From Octopus sinensis (Eukaryota), in the NCBI RefSeq assembly GCF_006345805.1, contig NC_043005.1, positions 24,180,001 to 24,244,000 on the forward strand: a stretch of DNA of 64,000 nucleotides. The letters are read 5' to 3'. Every line of letters begins with the position of its first letter. The stretch's first letter is position 1. Under the pieces are notes generated by a model, which did not search any database, had not been told where the DNA came from, and saw nothing but the letters and a program-made list of their open reading frames with translations. The translations under genes and the position numbers were made by a program. This document shows positions 26,471-39,419 of this stretch, piece by piece.

Positions 26471-27201
26471 AATGTGTGTAGTGGCTACCGATCTATCATG
26501 GCGACTGCCGGACAGAATGGTCACACAGGAGTGCGAAGACGTAGGGGAGATAACAAAGTAAAGATGACCCCCCCCAACACAAAGGTGCGTGCGTGTATAA
26601 GAGAGTATGTATGTGCGTGCGTGTATAAGAGAGTATGTATGTGCGTGTGAAAGTGGGCTGGTGGTCTGGACGGGTGCGTATACGTATGTGTAGGTGTGAA
26701 AATGTGGGGATGGTGTGTGGGTGGTGTGTTGTGATGTGATGTATAATGTTGTATGGTGTAGTGTGGTGTGGTGTGATGTTGTTGGGATGTGGCCGAAGCG
26801 AGAGTGTCCAAAATCACATTTAGGAGTAGGATGAAGCAGCAGAAAGAGTAGTATAAACGAAGGGAGAGGAGAGAAAATAGTAATTCAGTGAAGGAGAAGT
26901 AGAGAGAGTAATAGTTCTGACTGAGAGGGAGTGAGAGGAAGTAATAGCAATGAGAGAAAGGAAGTGGCGTCGTGTATCGTCCATTTTTCTCCATCACAAC
27001 ATATGAATGAGAAAGGAAGGGGTGATATATGAATATCGTAGGAAGGGGTGAAAAAATCAGCATGAGTATATGTGTGTTCGTGTACACAGGAGTATGTCAT
27101 TGTTTGTATTTGTGATTATTATGTACCTTATTTTGTACCTTATTTTAGGTAAATACTACAATTAGCCCTAACCACTGGTCCATTGCGCCTCCACACACAC
27201 A

Positions 27202-27275
<74 letters not shown>

Positions 27276-27282
27276 GTATGTA

Positions 27283-27327
<45 letters not shown>

Positions 27328-27666
27328 TAATCAACACATTCAGACAGTATTTTTATATGTACATGTGTATTTTTGCGCGTGTGTGTATGTGTATATGTGT
27401 GTGCATCTGTATGCGTGCATGTATGTATTTGAAGTGCTCTTAGCAACACTGATTATACGATTGTAAAGAAAAGAACACAGAACACTAAAACTAAAGTTAA
27501 TATTTATTTATCTGGTGAGTACTTTCGTTAGAAACTGTTGTGTAGTTCGGTGTCGTGATCGTGTAACCAGAGTATTAAGATATGCCAAAATCTGGATTAT
27601 GTATCGTATGTATTTTTGAGGGAGCGCCAAGAAAACAAAGAAGCTTGAACAAACTGATGAAATATT

Positions 27667-27887
27667 GGTTTCAAATTTTGGCACAAGGCCAGTAATTTCG
27701 AGGGCGGGTGTGTGTCGATTACATCTACCGAAGTGTTCAACTGGTACTTATTTTATCGATCTCAGAAAGGATGAAATGCGAAGTCAATCTCGGCGGAATT
27801 TGAACTCAGAACGTAAAAAGAGACGAAATGCCGCTTAAGCAGTTTTACCGGAATGGTAAAATCCTGCAAGATCACTGCCTTCAAAAT
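27667..27887 (-). mobile_element. SINE family C with 13-bp TSD
   Basis: TSD ctgatgaaatatt at 27654-27666 and 27888-27900. Confidence 0.85.
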
Positions 27888-29126
27888 CTGATGAAATATT
27901 AAGAGGTGTTTATCAAGAATGTCCTGATAACTGTATGTGAAACACGAAGCATCGATCCCTTGGCAAATAATCTAATCCGTCACTATGGACTGGACGAAGT
28001 ACGATTATGTAGTTTTTATATTGTTTATATTTTATATTTTTATATTTTTATATTTTTTATATAGGTTGTTTTATCACCAGTTGAAAACCCGTTCAGACTT
28101 GTCTCTATTTTGTATTAATTCACCGAAAGTCTCATTTAATTCATTTATATTTAATTTCTACTTAAATCCATTTCTGTGTGTAACCGACACATTACGAATG
28201 GAAATATTAAAGATAATTATCATGATAATCCAGACACTTTCAAACGAATGTTTTCTAATTCACCCATTATTATGGTTTAATTCTTTTGAATATAGGATCA
28301 ATAGTTATAATTATAATTTCTTTTCCTCGAAAGACACAAGCTTTATTCCATATTTATTACGTAAATTAATATGAACAGCACAGATGTTCATAAACTTTGA
28401 AATATATGCAGAACGAAAGCTTTCATTTGCTTCTTATTCACAGGTAAATTTTAATAGAGAACGATAATAATATATAATTTATTCTTATGTTCTAAATAAT
28501 TACATGTTTTCAATAATTCATAAATCGTGTTCTCGCCTACCAAACATTTGTTGTCGTATGTTTTCGCCTATAAATGCTATCTTTTTTTTAATTTCATGCA
28601 CATACAACAATATACAATGAGGGTGACAGACAAACCTATTACTAATCCAACAATGTTACTACGTAAGGATCATGAGTGTGGCGTTTAAGTAATCACATAA
28701 AAGATGCACTGGCATATTAGACGCGTCCAAGTTTCAGCAGTTCACATTCAGGGAAAACATATTTGTGAGCATTAAAGTTTATGATATACATAACGACGTA
28801 TTAAGGAACTGGGGTGATTTTGCGAGGTATTTTTCTTTTAAAAATGCGTCCCATATACCATCAAATACTGTAATTTTTATTCAAAAGTGTTTTCTAGAAT
28901 GCACTATAATTCAGAGAGACAGAGAGAAAGGAAGATTAATTGAGCTATTGGTTTGCTTATTGGTAGCTCTTTTGTCTTTTTACAAAATATACATCAATGT
29001 CTGTAACTCTCAAGCAGTGTTTGTATTTACTGCCTTGTGGAAGTCGTATTCAGCTTGGAATTAGTATTCGCATAATCTAGTCCACTCTATGTGCGCCTCT
29101 ATCTTCAATAAATAATAAATGATATG

Positions 29127-29292
29127 TGACTGTGTGATAAGTAGCTTGCTTACCAACCACATGATTCCGGGTTCAGTCCCACTGCGTGGCATCTTGGACA
29201 AGTGTCTTCTACTATAGACTCGGGCCGACCAGAGCCTTGTGAGTAGATTTGGTAGACGGAACTGAAAGAAACCTGTCGTATATATATATATA

Positions 29293-29342
<50 letters not shown>

Positions 29343-29543
29343 ATGTGTCCGTTTTGTCCTCCTAGCATTGCTTGACAACCGATGCTGGTGTGTTTATGTT
29401 CCCGTCACTTAGCCGTTCGGAAAAAGCAACCGATAGAATAAGTACTAGGCTTACAAAGAATAAGTCCCGGGGTCGATTTTCTCGACTAAAGGCGATGCTC
29501 CAGCATGACCGCAGTCAAATGACTGAAACAAGTAAAAGAGTAA
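29127..29543 (+). mobile_element. SINE family A
   Basis: Head, core, microsatellite and tail present. Confidence 0.9.
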
Positions 29544-30249
29544 TTAAACTTACTGAGTGCATGGATCATTGCGGATTACTGCCTGTTCAACGCTCTCATT
29601 TCAATAAAGGATAGTTTCTGATATGGACACAAGACCATTAATTTTGAGGAGAGCGTGTTAGTCGTTCCTACTAACCCCTAGTACTCGATCAGTTTCCTAT
29701 TTTAGTGACCCGGAGAAGATGGAATGCAACATCCGTCATCCACTCTTACCATTAACTCCATACACCTCCACAGCTATCCAACACCTATCACCCACACTTT
29801 TTCAACTTTTACCTCTTTCTGATTTCTTTTCTGCAGTTCATTCTTTTATTCAATTTACGTTGAGATGATAAATACATCACAGCGTATTGAGAACTATCTA
29901 GCTGAACGTAATACAAGACAACTTCTTGCGTACTGGTACGATGACAGAATGCACTCAGAACGCATTGTAAAGTGAATGGCGATGTGCAGAGACAATGTAG
30001 GAGAGATAGATAGAGAGAGAGAGAGAGAGAGCTGGGAGTGAGAGAAAAGGTGCGGACTGCTTTATCTGGTTGAGGACAGATTGACCTCAATGTCGCCTGT
30101 GTTGGGATAAAATGTACCTAGTACTCTCTGTAATGTGGTTAGTGATAGGGAGAATACCAACCTGTAGAAACTATGAAAAAAATGAAACATAGGAGTGAAA
30201 AACCGTCGTCAGGAGGATTGTAATTCCGAATATAAACTAATGACCCGTC

Positions 30250-32215
30250 TAATCCGTGCATAGAAAGGAGATGTGTTTACTTTTACATATATATAAAACT
30301 GATTCAGTGCGTTGCAAGGTAGGACCACTCTTTCAAAAAGATGGTTCCCTCACGGTAAACCCAATGAGGATAAGTGAAACACTGAATGAACAATTCAAAA
30401 GTGTCTTCACTCCATTTTTGCGACACATGCAATCAGCAAAAATCTGTAGAATTCTTTAACACTACTGATATAAAAAGAGAGGCAGTAACAACTGATTACA
30501 TTAGCATCAGAGGAAAAGATGTAACACTGGCAATAGATAAGGTAGACACAAACCCAGCTGCTGTCCCCAGTAGATCCCCAGCAATCCTTCACAACTCATG
30601 CAAACGAGCCCTTGCAAAATTACTGAAGCTTCTTTTCCAGAGCTTCCTTGCAAATGGTAAGCTCCCGGGAAAACTGAAGGAGGGAATAATATGCCCTGTT
30701 CATAAAGAAGGAAGCAGAACAGATTCTAAAAACTATAGGCTGATCTCTCTGACCTCACACATCAGCAAGAATCCGAAGGAAACTAATTACGTTCCCTGAA
30801 GAGAATGATTTTCTGATTGATGCTCAAGATACTCTTCGACACAGCTCATTCAGTACTACGACTGGGAGCTAAAGCAGCTGCCCAACGACTCAAATGTGGA
30901 CGTGATATATCTCGACTTTGCAAAGCCTTAGATAATGTCGACCATGGTATGATATGTCACAAGCTCTATAATCTCGGCATAGTCAGAAAATGTGAAGAAT
31001 GGCAATACGACTTTCTAAAAGATAGAAGACAGGTAGCAGTGGCCAAGGAAACACAAATAATGACTAGATTTCCACAGGACTCTATTTTGGGGCCGCTGCT
31101 TGTCATAATGGCTCTCTCATACATGCCGTCAGCTGCTTAAATAGCCACCCTTGCTAGCTTTGTAGATGACACAAAAGTCTCTCAGAGGATACAGAACCCT
31201 GGAGACGTTGCGCATCTGTGACGGGAGGTGGACGCAATATACAGGTAGGCTGAGGTAAATAATATGCAATTTAATACTGGACAATTTCCAGCCCTGAGCT
31301 AGCAACTGGCCCAGGAAGGATTGCAATCCTTGAGTCAAAATCAGTGCATTGACATGAGCAATGATGCATCTTTCCAGGTGCATATTACTAAGCTGGCAAT
31401 AGAATGCAGACGGTTGGCCGGATGGATCTTTCGAACTATCAGAACGAGAAAACAGGAAACCATGACGGTCCTCTGGAGACATTCGTCCTCAGCCTTTGAA
31501 ATACTGCTCTCAACTGTGGTAACTACAGTGAGTAAAATTAACGACGGCATTCGAGGTGATGCAGCCAAATTACACAAAGAAAATCGCCTCAATGTGTCAT
31601 GTCAGCCACTGGGAGAGACTGAAAAAAGGTAAGTCTCTACTCCCTACAACAAAGGCGAGAAAGATACGCTATACGTCTGGAAAATCCTAGAAGGACTTGT
31701 ACCAAAGTTTGACATTGTAAGTTACACAAACAACAAAGGGTGGGACGTCACTGCATAGTACCAAAAATCCCAGCATTGCCATCTTGATACGAGACCAGGT
31801 ACTGCGACAGCTTGGGCTCCAAGGGCTCACACATCTTTAATATCCTCACAAAATCTGAGATGAATTATCATGATAATCCAGACACTTTCAAACGACTGTT
31901 TTCTAATTCACCCATTATTATGGTTTAATTCTTTTGAATATAGGATCAATAGTTATAATTATAATTTCTTTTCCTCTAAAGACACAAGCTACATGGGATG
32001 AATGGATGTAGGCGTCTTCAAAACAAAACTGCGTTTCCGCTGTCAAGTGTTCCGAATGAACCTACCTCGTGGCAAGAAACGCAAAAAAATGGCAGCAACG
32101 TTAATCTCCCACATTAAACAAATGCCACACATCAAAGGAGGTTTAGTGAACGTGTATCAAAGCATACGGTGGTGCTCCAGCATGGCCGCAGCTCTCGAGT
32201 TGAAACTAGAACATA
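30250..32215 (+). mobile_element. CR1-clade LINE, 5'-truncated and heavily decayed RT region with 3' end
   Basis: LNEQFKSVFT, ICPVHKEGSRTDSKNYRLISLTSHISK, YLDFAKA.DNVDH, PQDSILGPLL, SFVDDTK motifs across frameshifts. 3' end ggtgctccagcatggccgcagc. Confidence 0.9.
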
Positions 32216-32247
32216 AAATGTATACACACATACACACACATACATAT

Positions 32248-32329
<82 letters not shown>

Positions 32330-32347
32330 TATATAATATATATATAC

Positions 32348-32384
<37 letters not shown>

Positions 32385-33347
32385 CATTTGATTAAGATGA
32401 TAGAGATTACAAATAAAATAGTCATTTCCCACCGTTAAGAAAAAAATCAGATTGAAAATGCTGACACTTCAAACAGTCGTCGCCCATCCATCCTTTCTCC
32501 TTTCTTCTTTCTCCCTTTAATCATTTATGCAACTTTCGGAGTGCTGTGGACTTGAAAGATAGAAAATTTCCCTATTTTTTATGAGCTATTTTTGAACCAC
32601 GGATACTTGATTATTTTATCTTCAATGGAAAAATTGCTATTTTATTTAAAATAAAAAATTAAACTTTATCAGCTTAATCAAAAGGCAGAAAAACAGACAG
32701 AGCGACTATCTCTTTGTAGACGACAATCAGTTGCACTGAGGGGAACTGAATCTCATACGAAAGGAAAAACAAACATCAAATGTGTTGTACCTTGAAATCA
32801 TTGCCTCGTTGAGGTCAGTTGAGTACATCGTCAAGTACAGGCTGAAGGAAATGACCAGGCTACTGTTCAAATGAACAATGATAACGAATCAGTCAATATC
32901 TAATGGGTAGATGTATTGGACCATCCGAAGCAGTTGCATCCATTTCAGGATTCTCAATTCACGAAAGATCACCTGCAATAGTTAGACTACAAGCTCATCT
33001 ACCAGATGAACAGAGAATATTGCTCAAAAATAATGAGGATATATATGGCTGTCAGTGAACGTCATATGAGAACATTGACTGAATGATGAGAGATTGATGA
33101 TTTTGCAATAAGCACTACTTTATGCTGAAGTACCTATGTATTTCATTTGAAATCGTAGTAACAAAGAATGGTAAAGAAGAAAGCGAGGAAAAAATTGAAG
33201 GCCAGGAGAACTGTGTTATTAATGAATTTTATTGCATGAAGTTCGAAATAGTATTTTTTCCTTTCCTGCTGCGCATCGACATTTTCAATTTGGGATGGTT
33301 GAGACAAACGGATCAAAGCGGGTACATCTAGTGTATATAGACATAGA

Positions 33348-34580
33348 CATGACAAAAGTAAATAAACACCACATAAAACATTGTTTTGTGTTTATTCTAA
33401 CTTGTAAAGGTTTATATTTTTTATTAATTCACATTTTTATTTTCAGTTTCTATATGTGACTGTTTAATCATGCCATGTACAAAAGAAGCCTTGGAACTGT
33501 CTGAATTTCAAAGAGACCGTATTGTGGATCATTCAGAATGTTGGCATAGTCAGTGTAAAATCGCAGAAGACCATGCTCTCCCGCTTTCTACAGTAAATAA
33601 AATGATTGTGCAATTCACCAGAGGCGGGGGGAAGGAGTTCACATCACCTCACTGGATCAACCATGATCCTCTGACAGGACCTTTCTCTTTGTTAATAGAA
33701 GTGTGGAGGATATTCCTCGTTGCAAGGCTTCTGACATAGCAGAACAAGTTGATGTCAGTTCCAGAACAGGTGTCAAGTATCTCTACAAACTTGGTTCCTG
33801 TGACAGGGCAGCAAAAAATAATCCACTTCTTCGACCAGCCAACATCAAGCGGAGAAAAAATTTGGCCAGTGAAATGGTGGAGAGGCCACTAGCATTTTGG
33901 GACACTGTCATATTCTCCGATGAGTTCAGAGTTGCTGTATTTCCTGAAGTGGTCGAGTGTGGGTCTGGAAACTCTGTGATCAAGAATTTGATGTGAATAG
34001 ATTGCAGCCAACAACGAAACACGGCTGCAGTGTGATGGTTTGGGGAGCAATTTCGAGCAATGGTTGATCAGAGTGGAGTGTGATGGAAACGTAAACTCAG
34101 ATAGATATGTGTCCATTTTGTAGAAATGACTCCTTCCAACCTTCTTCAGTGGTGAAAGGATTAAAAAAGAATATTTATGGAAGATGGGGCTCCTTGTCAC
34201 ATAACTAAAATGACCCAAGATTTGACGGATGGGAATGGCATTAAAAAGCTTCTACGGCCAAGCCAGTCACTAGATATAAATCCTATTGAATACCTCTGGG
34301 ACATAATGGACAGGATACTTCACAAAAAGAACAAGAAGCCATCTTCAAAGCCAGATCTTTTGAGACTACTGCATGAAACTTGGCAAGAAATTGCACAAGA
34401 TAATATTCGTCATATAATCAGTAACATGCCTAATAGGGTCCTTGCATTGAAAAATGCAAAAGTCATGTCTACTAAATATTAAATATTCACTTTATAACAA
34501 TTAATATATAATTTGAATGTATAATTTCAGATTTAAATAAATTTTAACGATTATAAGCATGTCTATTTACTTTTGTCGTG
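33348..34580 (+). mobile_element. Tc1-family (DD34E) transposon, near full length, decayed
   Basis: ELSEFQRDRIV N-terminus, VIFSDE, EDGAPCH..34 aa..NPIE. Imperfect TIRs ca(t/c)gacaaaagtaaata at both ends. Confidence 0.92.
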
Positions 34581-34584
34581 CCTT

Positions 34585-35580
34585 CTACTTACATCTACTT
34601 ACATCTACTTACATCTTACATCTATCATAGCGTATGATGTGCCTTTTTAAACCAATGTTTTGAAAAGACACGCAAACAAATTGTATATCTACATGGACCG
34701 CCAAGAGCTGCAGTTAAGTTCTGATCTTTGTGGATCTTACAATGTCTTTTGAGGTTTCCGTCAGATTTGTAGACCTTATGGCATACACGACATTGACAGG
34801 TAAGCACAAATTGATAGCCAGAGTAGTTAGTGGAGGTTTGTTTTTCATGGGTCCACAAATGAGATTTAATCACTGCAAAAGAAAAGTACGGTTTGTCACA
34901 AATTGTGCACACAAAAGGCTGTTGAGATTCATTTTCTCGTTGATCGCAGCTTTTTTCTTTTTATTTCTTTTTTGAGTTTCGCATAGGTGATCCCAGCTCC
35001 TCCAAATGCTTTCACTCGACGCCACACTTTTGCTCACCATTCAACTCGATCCGAAGCAAGGGTTTCTATGGTTTTAGACCCATTCCAAATGACTTCATGT
35101 TAGTCCTTATACATCCCTTAAACCTCTTTATGGGTTTACACTGATTGCATTTCCCTTCTGCAAGTTCTCCAAAACACAACTGTTTGGGTGTGCGTTTATC
35201 CGTCACTTCAATAATGTGACTAGAACATCTCATTTGATTTTACAAGATCATTGATTTAAGTGAAGGACATCTGTGTCTAGAGTAAACAAGCCCCATTTAA
35301 TGTTTAAAATGCTGGAAAGACATTGTTGGTGGAATCGTTCTAACAATTTGTGATGTCTTTCGTTACTGGTCCAATTTTCTGAGGAACACAACAGGGATGG
35401 TAAAACAAACGATTTGTAAAGAGCCAATTTTGCTTTGTTATTTAAATGTCGTTGGCGCCAAACACTTTTCTCTAAACCACCAAAAGCTTGGGGTGCCCCT
35501 TGAATTCGCAGATGTATTTCTGTGACTAGATTTCCATCATGTTGTACAGTCTACGATGTAGATGAAAGAGTCAACAACCT
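34585..35580 (-). mobile_element. RTE-clade LINE 3' fragment with C-terminal C2H2 zinc fingers
   Basis: LEVVDSFIY..RIQGAPQAFGGLEKSVW..KLALYKSFVLPSLL..SENW..LERFHQQCL (RTE thumb region), two CX2CX12HX3H fingers in ORF 34625-34912, and a (acatctactt)x3 tail. Confidence 0.85.
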
Positions 35581-35669
35581 CAAGTAACTTACCGTTAACG
35601 AACATTTTAGGGTGGTTACAAACAGCATGTATGTATGTATGTATGTAAGTATGCGTGTGTATATGTATA

Positions 35670-36065
35670 TACTCTTTTAGTCTCTTTTACTTGTTTCAGT
35701 CATTTTAACTGCGGCCATGCTGGAGCACCGCCTTTACTCGAGCAAATCGACGCCAGGACTTATTCTTTGTAAGCCTAGTACTTATTCTAGTGGTCTATTT
35801 TGCCGAACCGCTAATTTACGGGGATGTAAACACACCAGCATCGGTTTTCATGCGATGTTGGGACGACAAACTCAGACACACAAACACACACATATATATA
35901 CATATACATATACATATATACGACGGGCTTCTTTCAGTTTCCGTCTACCAAATCCACTCACAAGGCTTTGGTCGGCACGGGGCTATAGTAGAAGACACTT
36001 GCCCAAGGTGCCACGCAGTGGGACTGAACCCGGAACCATGTGGTTGGTAAGCAAGCTACATACCA
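35670..36065 (-). mobile_element. SINE family A
   Basis: Tail, microsatellite and core in reverse orientation. Confidence 0.9.
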
Positions 36066-36499
36066 CACACACGTAGGAGAAAGACGTTGAGAAAGAGAGA
36101 AAGAGAAAGAGGGTGAAAGAGGAAAAAAGAGACTTGAATGGATTCGTTGTTTTCAATATGATATTTGTGATACTGAAATGTAAGGAAGAATGTCGAAGCA
36201 CTGAAAAACGTTGTTATGAATTAGCGATGAGCTACATGTAAGACACACTTGGCGAGCTGGACATTATTAATGCAAGGTTGTCATATGGTCGTATGCATGT
36301 ATGTCTGTGTGTATGTTTGCATGCATGAATGCATATGTATGTGTATGCATGATATACATGTTTCGGTGTATTAGTATATATATACATACACGTAAGTACT
36401 TCAGTACGTATATATACATACATATACATACACACACACACACACACACAAAAAGCTTATATATATATATATATTATATATATATATATGTATATATAT

Positions 36500-36885
36500 A
36501 TGAAAAAACAAATCAAAAATAGAAAATGCTAAGATAATTTTATAGTGAATCTTTCAGTACCGGTTTCGGTCATTTTGAGACCTTTTCAACTGTAACGATT
36601 AAATAATTAAATTTAGAAAAATTAGAAGAAAAGTTTTTTTAAAAGAATATTTCTGTAGTAGTGTTCAGATATAAGTAGCATTCTGCCTTTCTCTGACTCC
36701 CTTGTTTGCACTTGTGTGTGAACACTACTACAGAAATATTCTTTTAAAAAAACTTTTCTTCTAATTTTTCTAAATTTAATTATTTAATCGTTACAGTTGA
36801 AAAAGTCTCAAAATGACCGAAACCGGTACTGAAAGATTCACTATAAAATTATCTTAGCATTTTCTATTTTTGACTTGTTTTTCAT
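36500..36885. repeat. Long inverted repeat, about 167-bp arms and 51-nt spacer (Penelope-like terminal repeat pair)
   Basis: 36500-36667 is almost the exact reverse complement of 36719-36885. Each arm carries an HHR motif. Confidence 0.93.
36552..36595 (-). ncRNA. Type I hammerhead motif with U3-A8 covariant core
   Basis: ttacag-TTGAAAA-ggtc-tcaaaat-gacc-GAAA-ccg-GTA^ctgaaa. The mirror copy on + at 36791-36834 has G10.1A. Confidence 0.72.
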
Positions 36886-36916
36886 ATATATCAACTCGTG
36901 TGTTCATTTCCACCCT

Positions 36917-36988
<72 letters not shown>

Positions 36989-37054
36989 TACATATATATT
37001 TCTTACTACCCACAAGGGGCTAAACACAGAGGGGACAAACAAGGACAAACAAAC

Positions 37055-37140
37055 GGATTAAGTCGATTACATCGACCCCAGTGCGTAACTGGTACTTAAT
37101 TTATCGACCCCGAAAGGATGAAAGGCAAAGTCGACCTCGG
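37055..37140 (-). mobile_element. SINE family C fragment
   Basis: gtcgattacatcgaccccagtgcgtaactggtacttaatttatcgaccccgaaaggatgaaaggcaaagtcgacctcgg. Confidence 0.85.
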
Positions 37141-37231
37141 TAAAATTAAAACATATATATATTACATATATAATTAATACATATATATTTACATAGACAT
37201 ATATGTGCATCTCTACCTGCATTCTTTCCTC

Positions 37232-37315
<84 letters not shown>

Positions 37316-37425
37316 CAATTAAGGACAACTACTTAATAAGGAAAACTTAACAAGAAATTGTCAGGTAGATAGCGAAAAAACCTCATAAGAGAAAAAATTT
37401 CGAAAATAATTATTTCTTATTGAAC

Positions 37426-37734
37426 ATATTAATTTATATATAGAGGGCATTATACATACATGCCAGGAGGCATTCTACATACACGCCATACGCTAAGAGG
37501 GACAATCAGTCATTTCTACCAAAAATATTACTAATCCACCGAATGCAATTTTTCAAAGAAAGACATTTCTTTCTTTGAAAAATTGAAAAGAAAGACAATG
37601 TCTTTCTTTGAAAAATTGCATTCGGTGGGATTATATATAATTTTGGTAGAAATGACTGATTGTCCCTCTTAGCGTATGGCGTGTATGTAGAATGCCTCCT
37701 GGCATGTATGTATAATGCCCTCTATATATAATTA

Positions 37735-37738
<4 letters not shown>
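37426..37738. repeat. Long inverted repeat, about 142-bp arms
   Basis: 37426-37567 mirrors 37597-37738. The spacer is itself made of duplicated arm ends. Confidence 0.92.
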
Positions 37739-37767
<29 letters not shown>

Positions 37768-38243
37768 TATACACATACGCACAAATATTCATATATATAT
37801 ATTATCTATATATATATATATATATATTATAATATAATATATATATATATATATAAATGCATTCACACATTATGTGATGGTCACCACGTTCGATTTTGAC
37901 ATATGAGTGCTGGAAGGAGACTTACAAAAAAGTGACACAAAAGAAAACAACTTTAAAGATGAATGAAAAGCACTGCATCAGTTTGCGATGGATGATTGAA
38001 CGTAATATGTATACATAAATATATACACACGCACACAAACACACACACATACAGTGATCGCCATGAGCTTTAAGCTTATATAAAATACCATTTTAGGGAT
38101 ATATATATATATATATATATATACAAACTTAATTTTATGTAATATAATTTTTAATCTTCGGATTTTTAAATATGCTAAGCCACTGGTTTAAATTGATTAT
38201 TATCAATTACTGCCCTCATTATTTAATTATACATATGTATGTA

Positions 38244-39270
38244 TTTAAAATGAGGGTGAGAAATTAGATATTAATTTCATTAACATCGATTTCACACCAG
38301 TGGTCTAGTATATAAAAAAAAAACTGAAGGTCAGTAAAATTGTATTATATACATATTAGAAGGAAACCACTATGTGGACACGCTTATGCTAGAAATAGAT
38401 CCTCTATGGTCTTACCACTAAGAAATGTTCTCAAGAAAAATTTACCTAAACAACCAACACAATCGAGCAAGACAAAAGAGATAGCAATAAAAGTATGGAT
38501 TATTCGCATACATATTTCACTATTATCATATTACGTAATTTTACTTACATAAATGTCCGTAGATCATCGGTGCGACCGTCCAGATGAATATAATTTGCAG
38601 GACTGCATATTAGGACGTCCGCACAAAGTCTGACTTGTAAAACAGTCCTACCCATTACACTCGTGGTTACTATTTCAAATGTACTCGTTTTGGTGCGCTA
38701 AATTACCGGAAAAACTGATGTTGCAGATAATACTTTACTGCAGTGGCCTTTGCCGGTTAGAGAACGTATTAATTTAAATTTAAATTTAAAATAAGGGTGA
38801 GAAATTAGATATCAATTTAATTAACATCGATTTCACACCAGTGGTCTAGTATTTAAAAAAACTGAAGGTTCAGTAAAATTGTATTATATACATATTAGAG
38901 GGAAACCACTATGTGGACATCCTTATGCTAGAAATAGATCTGCTATGGTACTACCACTAAGAAATGTTCTCAAGAAAAATTTAGCGAAACAACCAAAACG
39001 TAATCGACGTCCTAGTATGCAGTCCTGCAAATTATATTCATCTGGGCGGTCGCACCGATGATCTACGGACATTTATGTAAGTATAATTATGTAATATTTT
39101 AATAGTGAAACGTATGCGAATAATCCATATTTTTATTGCTTTTTCTTTTGTCCTGCTCGACTACGTTTTGGTTGTTTAGCTAAATTCTACTATTTCCTTC
39201 TATTTAACTCTCACATATAGTCTCTGATGATGGGATATCTTTCGTATCTCCGAAACAGCTGTAAGACTAC
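38244..39270. mobile_element. Penelope-like terminal-repeat complex (direct plus inverted duplications) ending in an HHR
   Basis: 38244-38457 is a direct repeat of 38785-38996. 38461-38622 is inverted at about 39004-39165. Confidence 0.7.
39218..39269 (+). ncRNA. Type I hammerhead ribozyme motif (GUA site)
   Basis: tagtct-CTGATGA-t-gggata-tctttcg-tatctcc-GAAA-c-agct-GTA^agacta. Stem I 6 bp, palindromic stem III acagctgt. Confidence 0.82.
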
Positions 39271-39348
39271 TCTGTCCTAGAAATTTCACACTGCCGTGGA
39301 TTTGTTGTCGCATTTTATTTAACCTGTATAAATACATGTATATATATA

Positions 39349-39400
<52 letters not shown>

Positions 39401-39419
39401 TATACATATACATATATCG

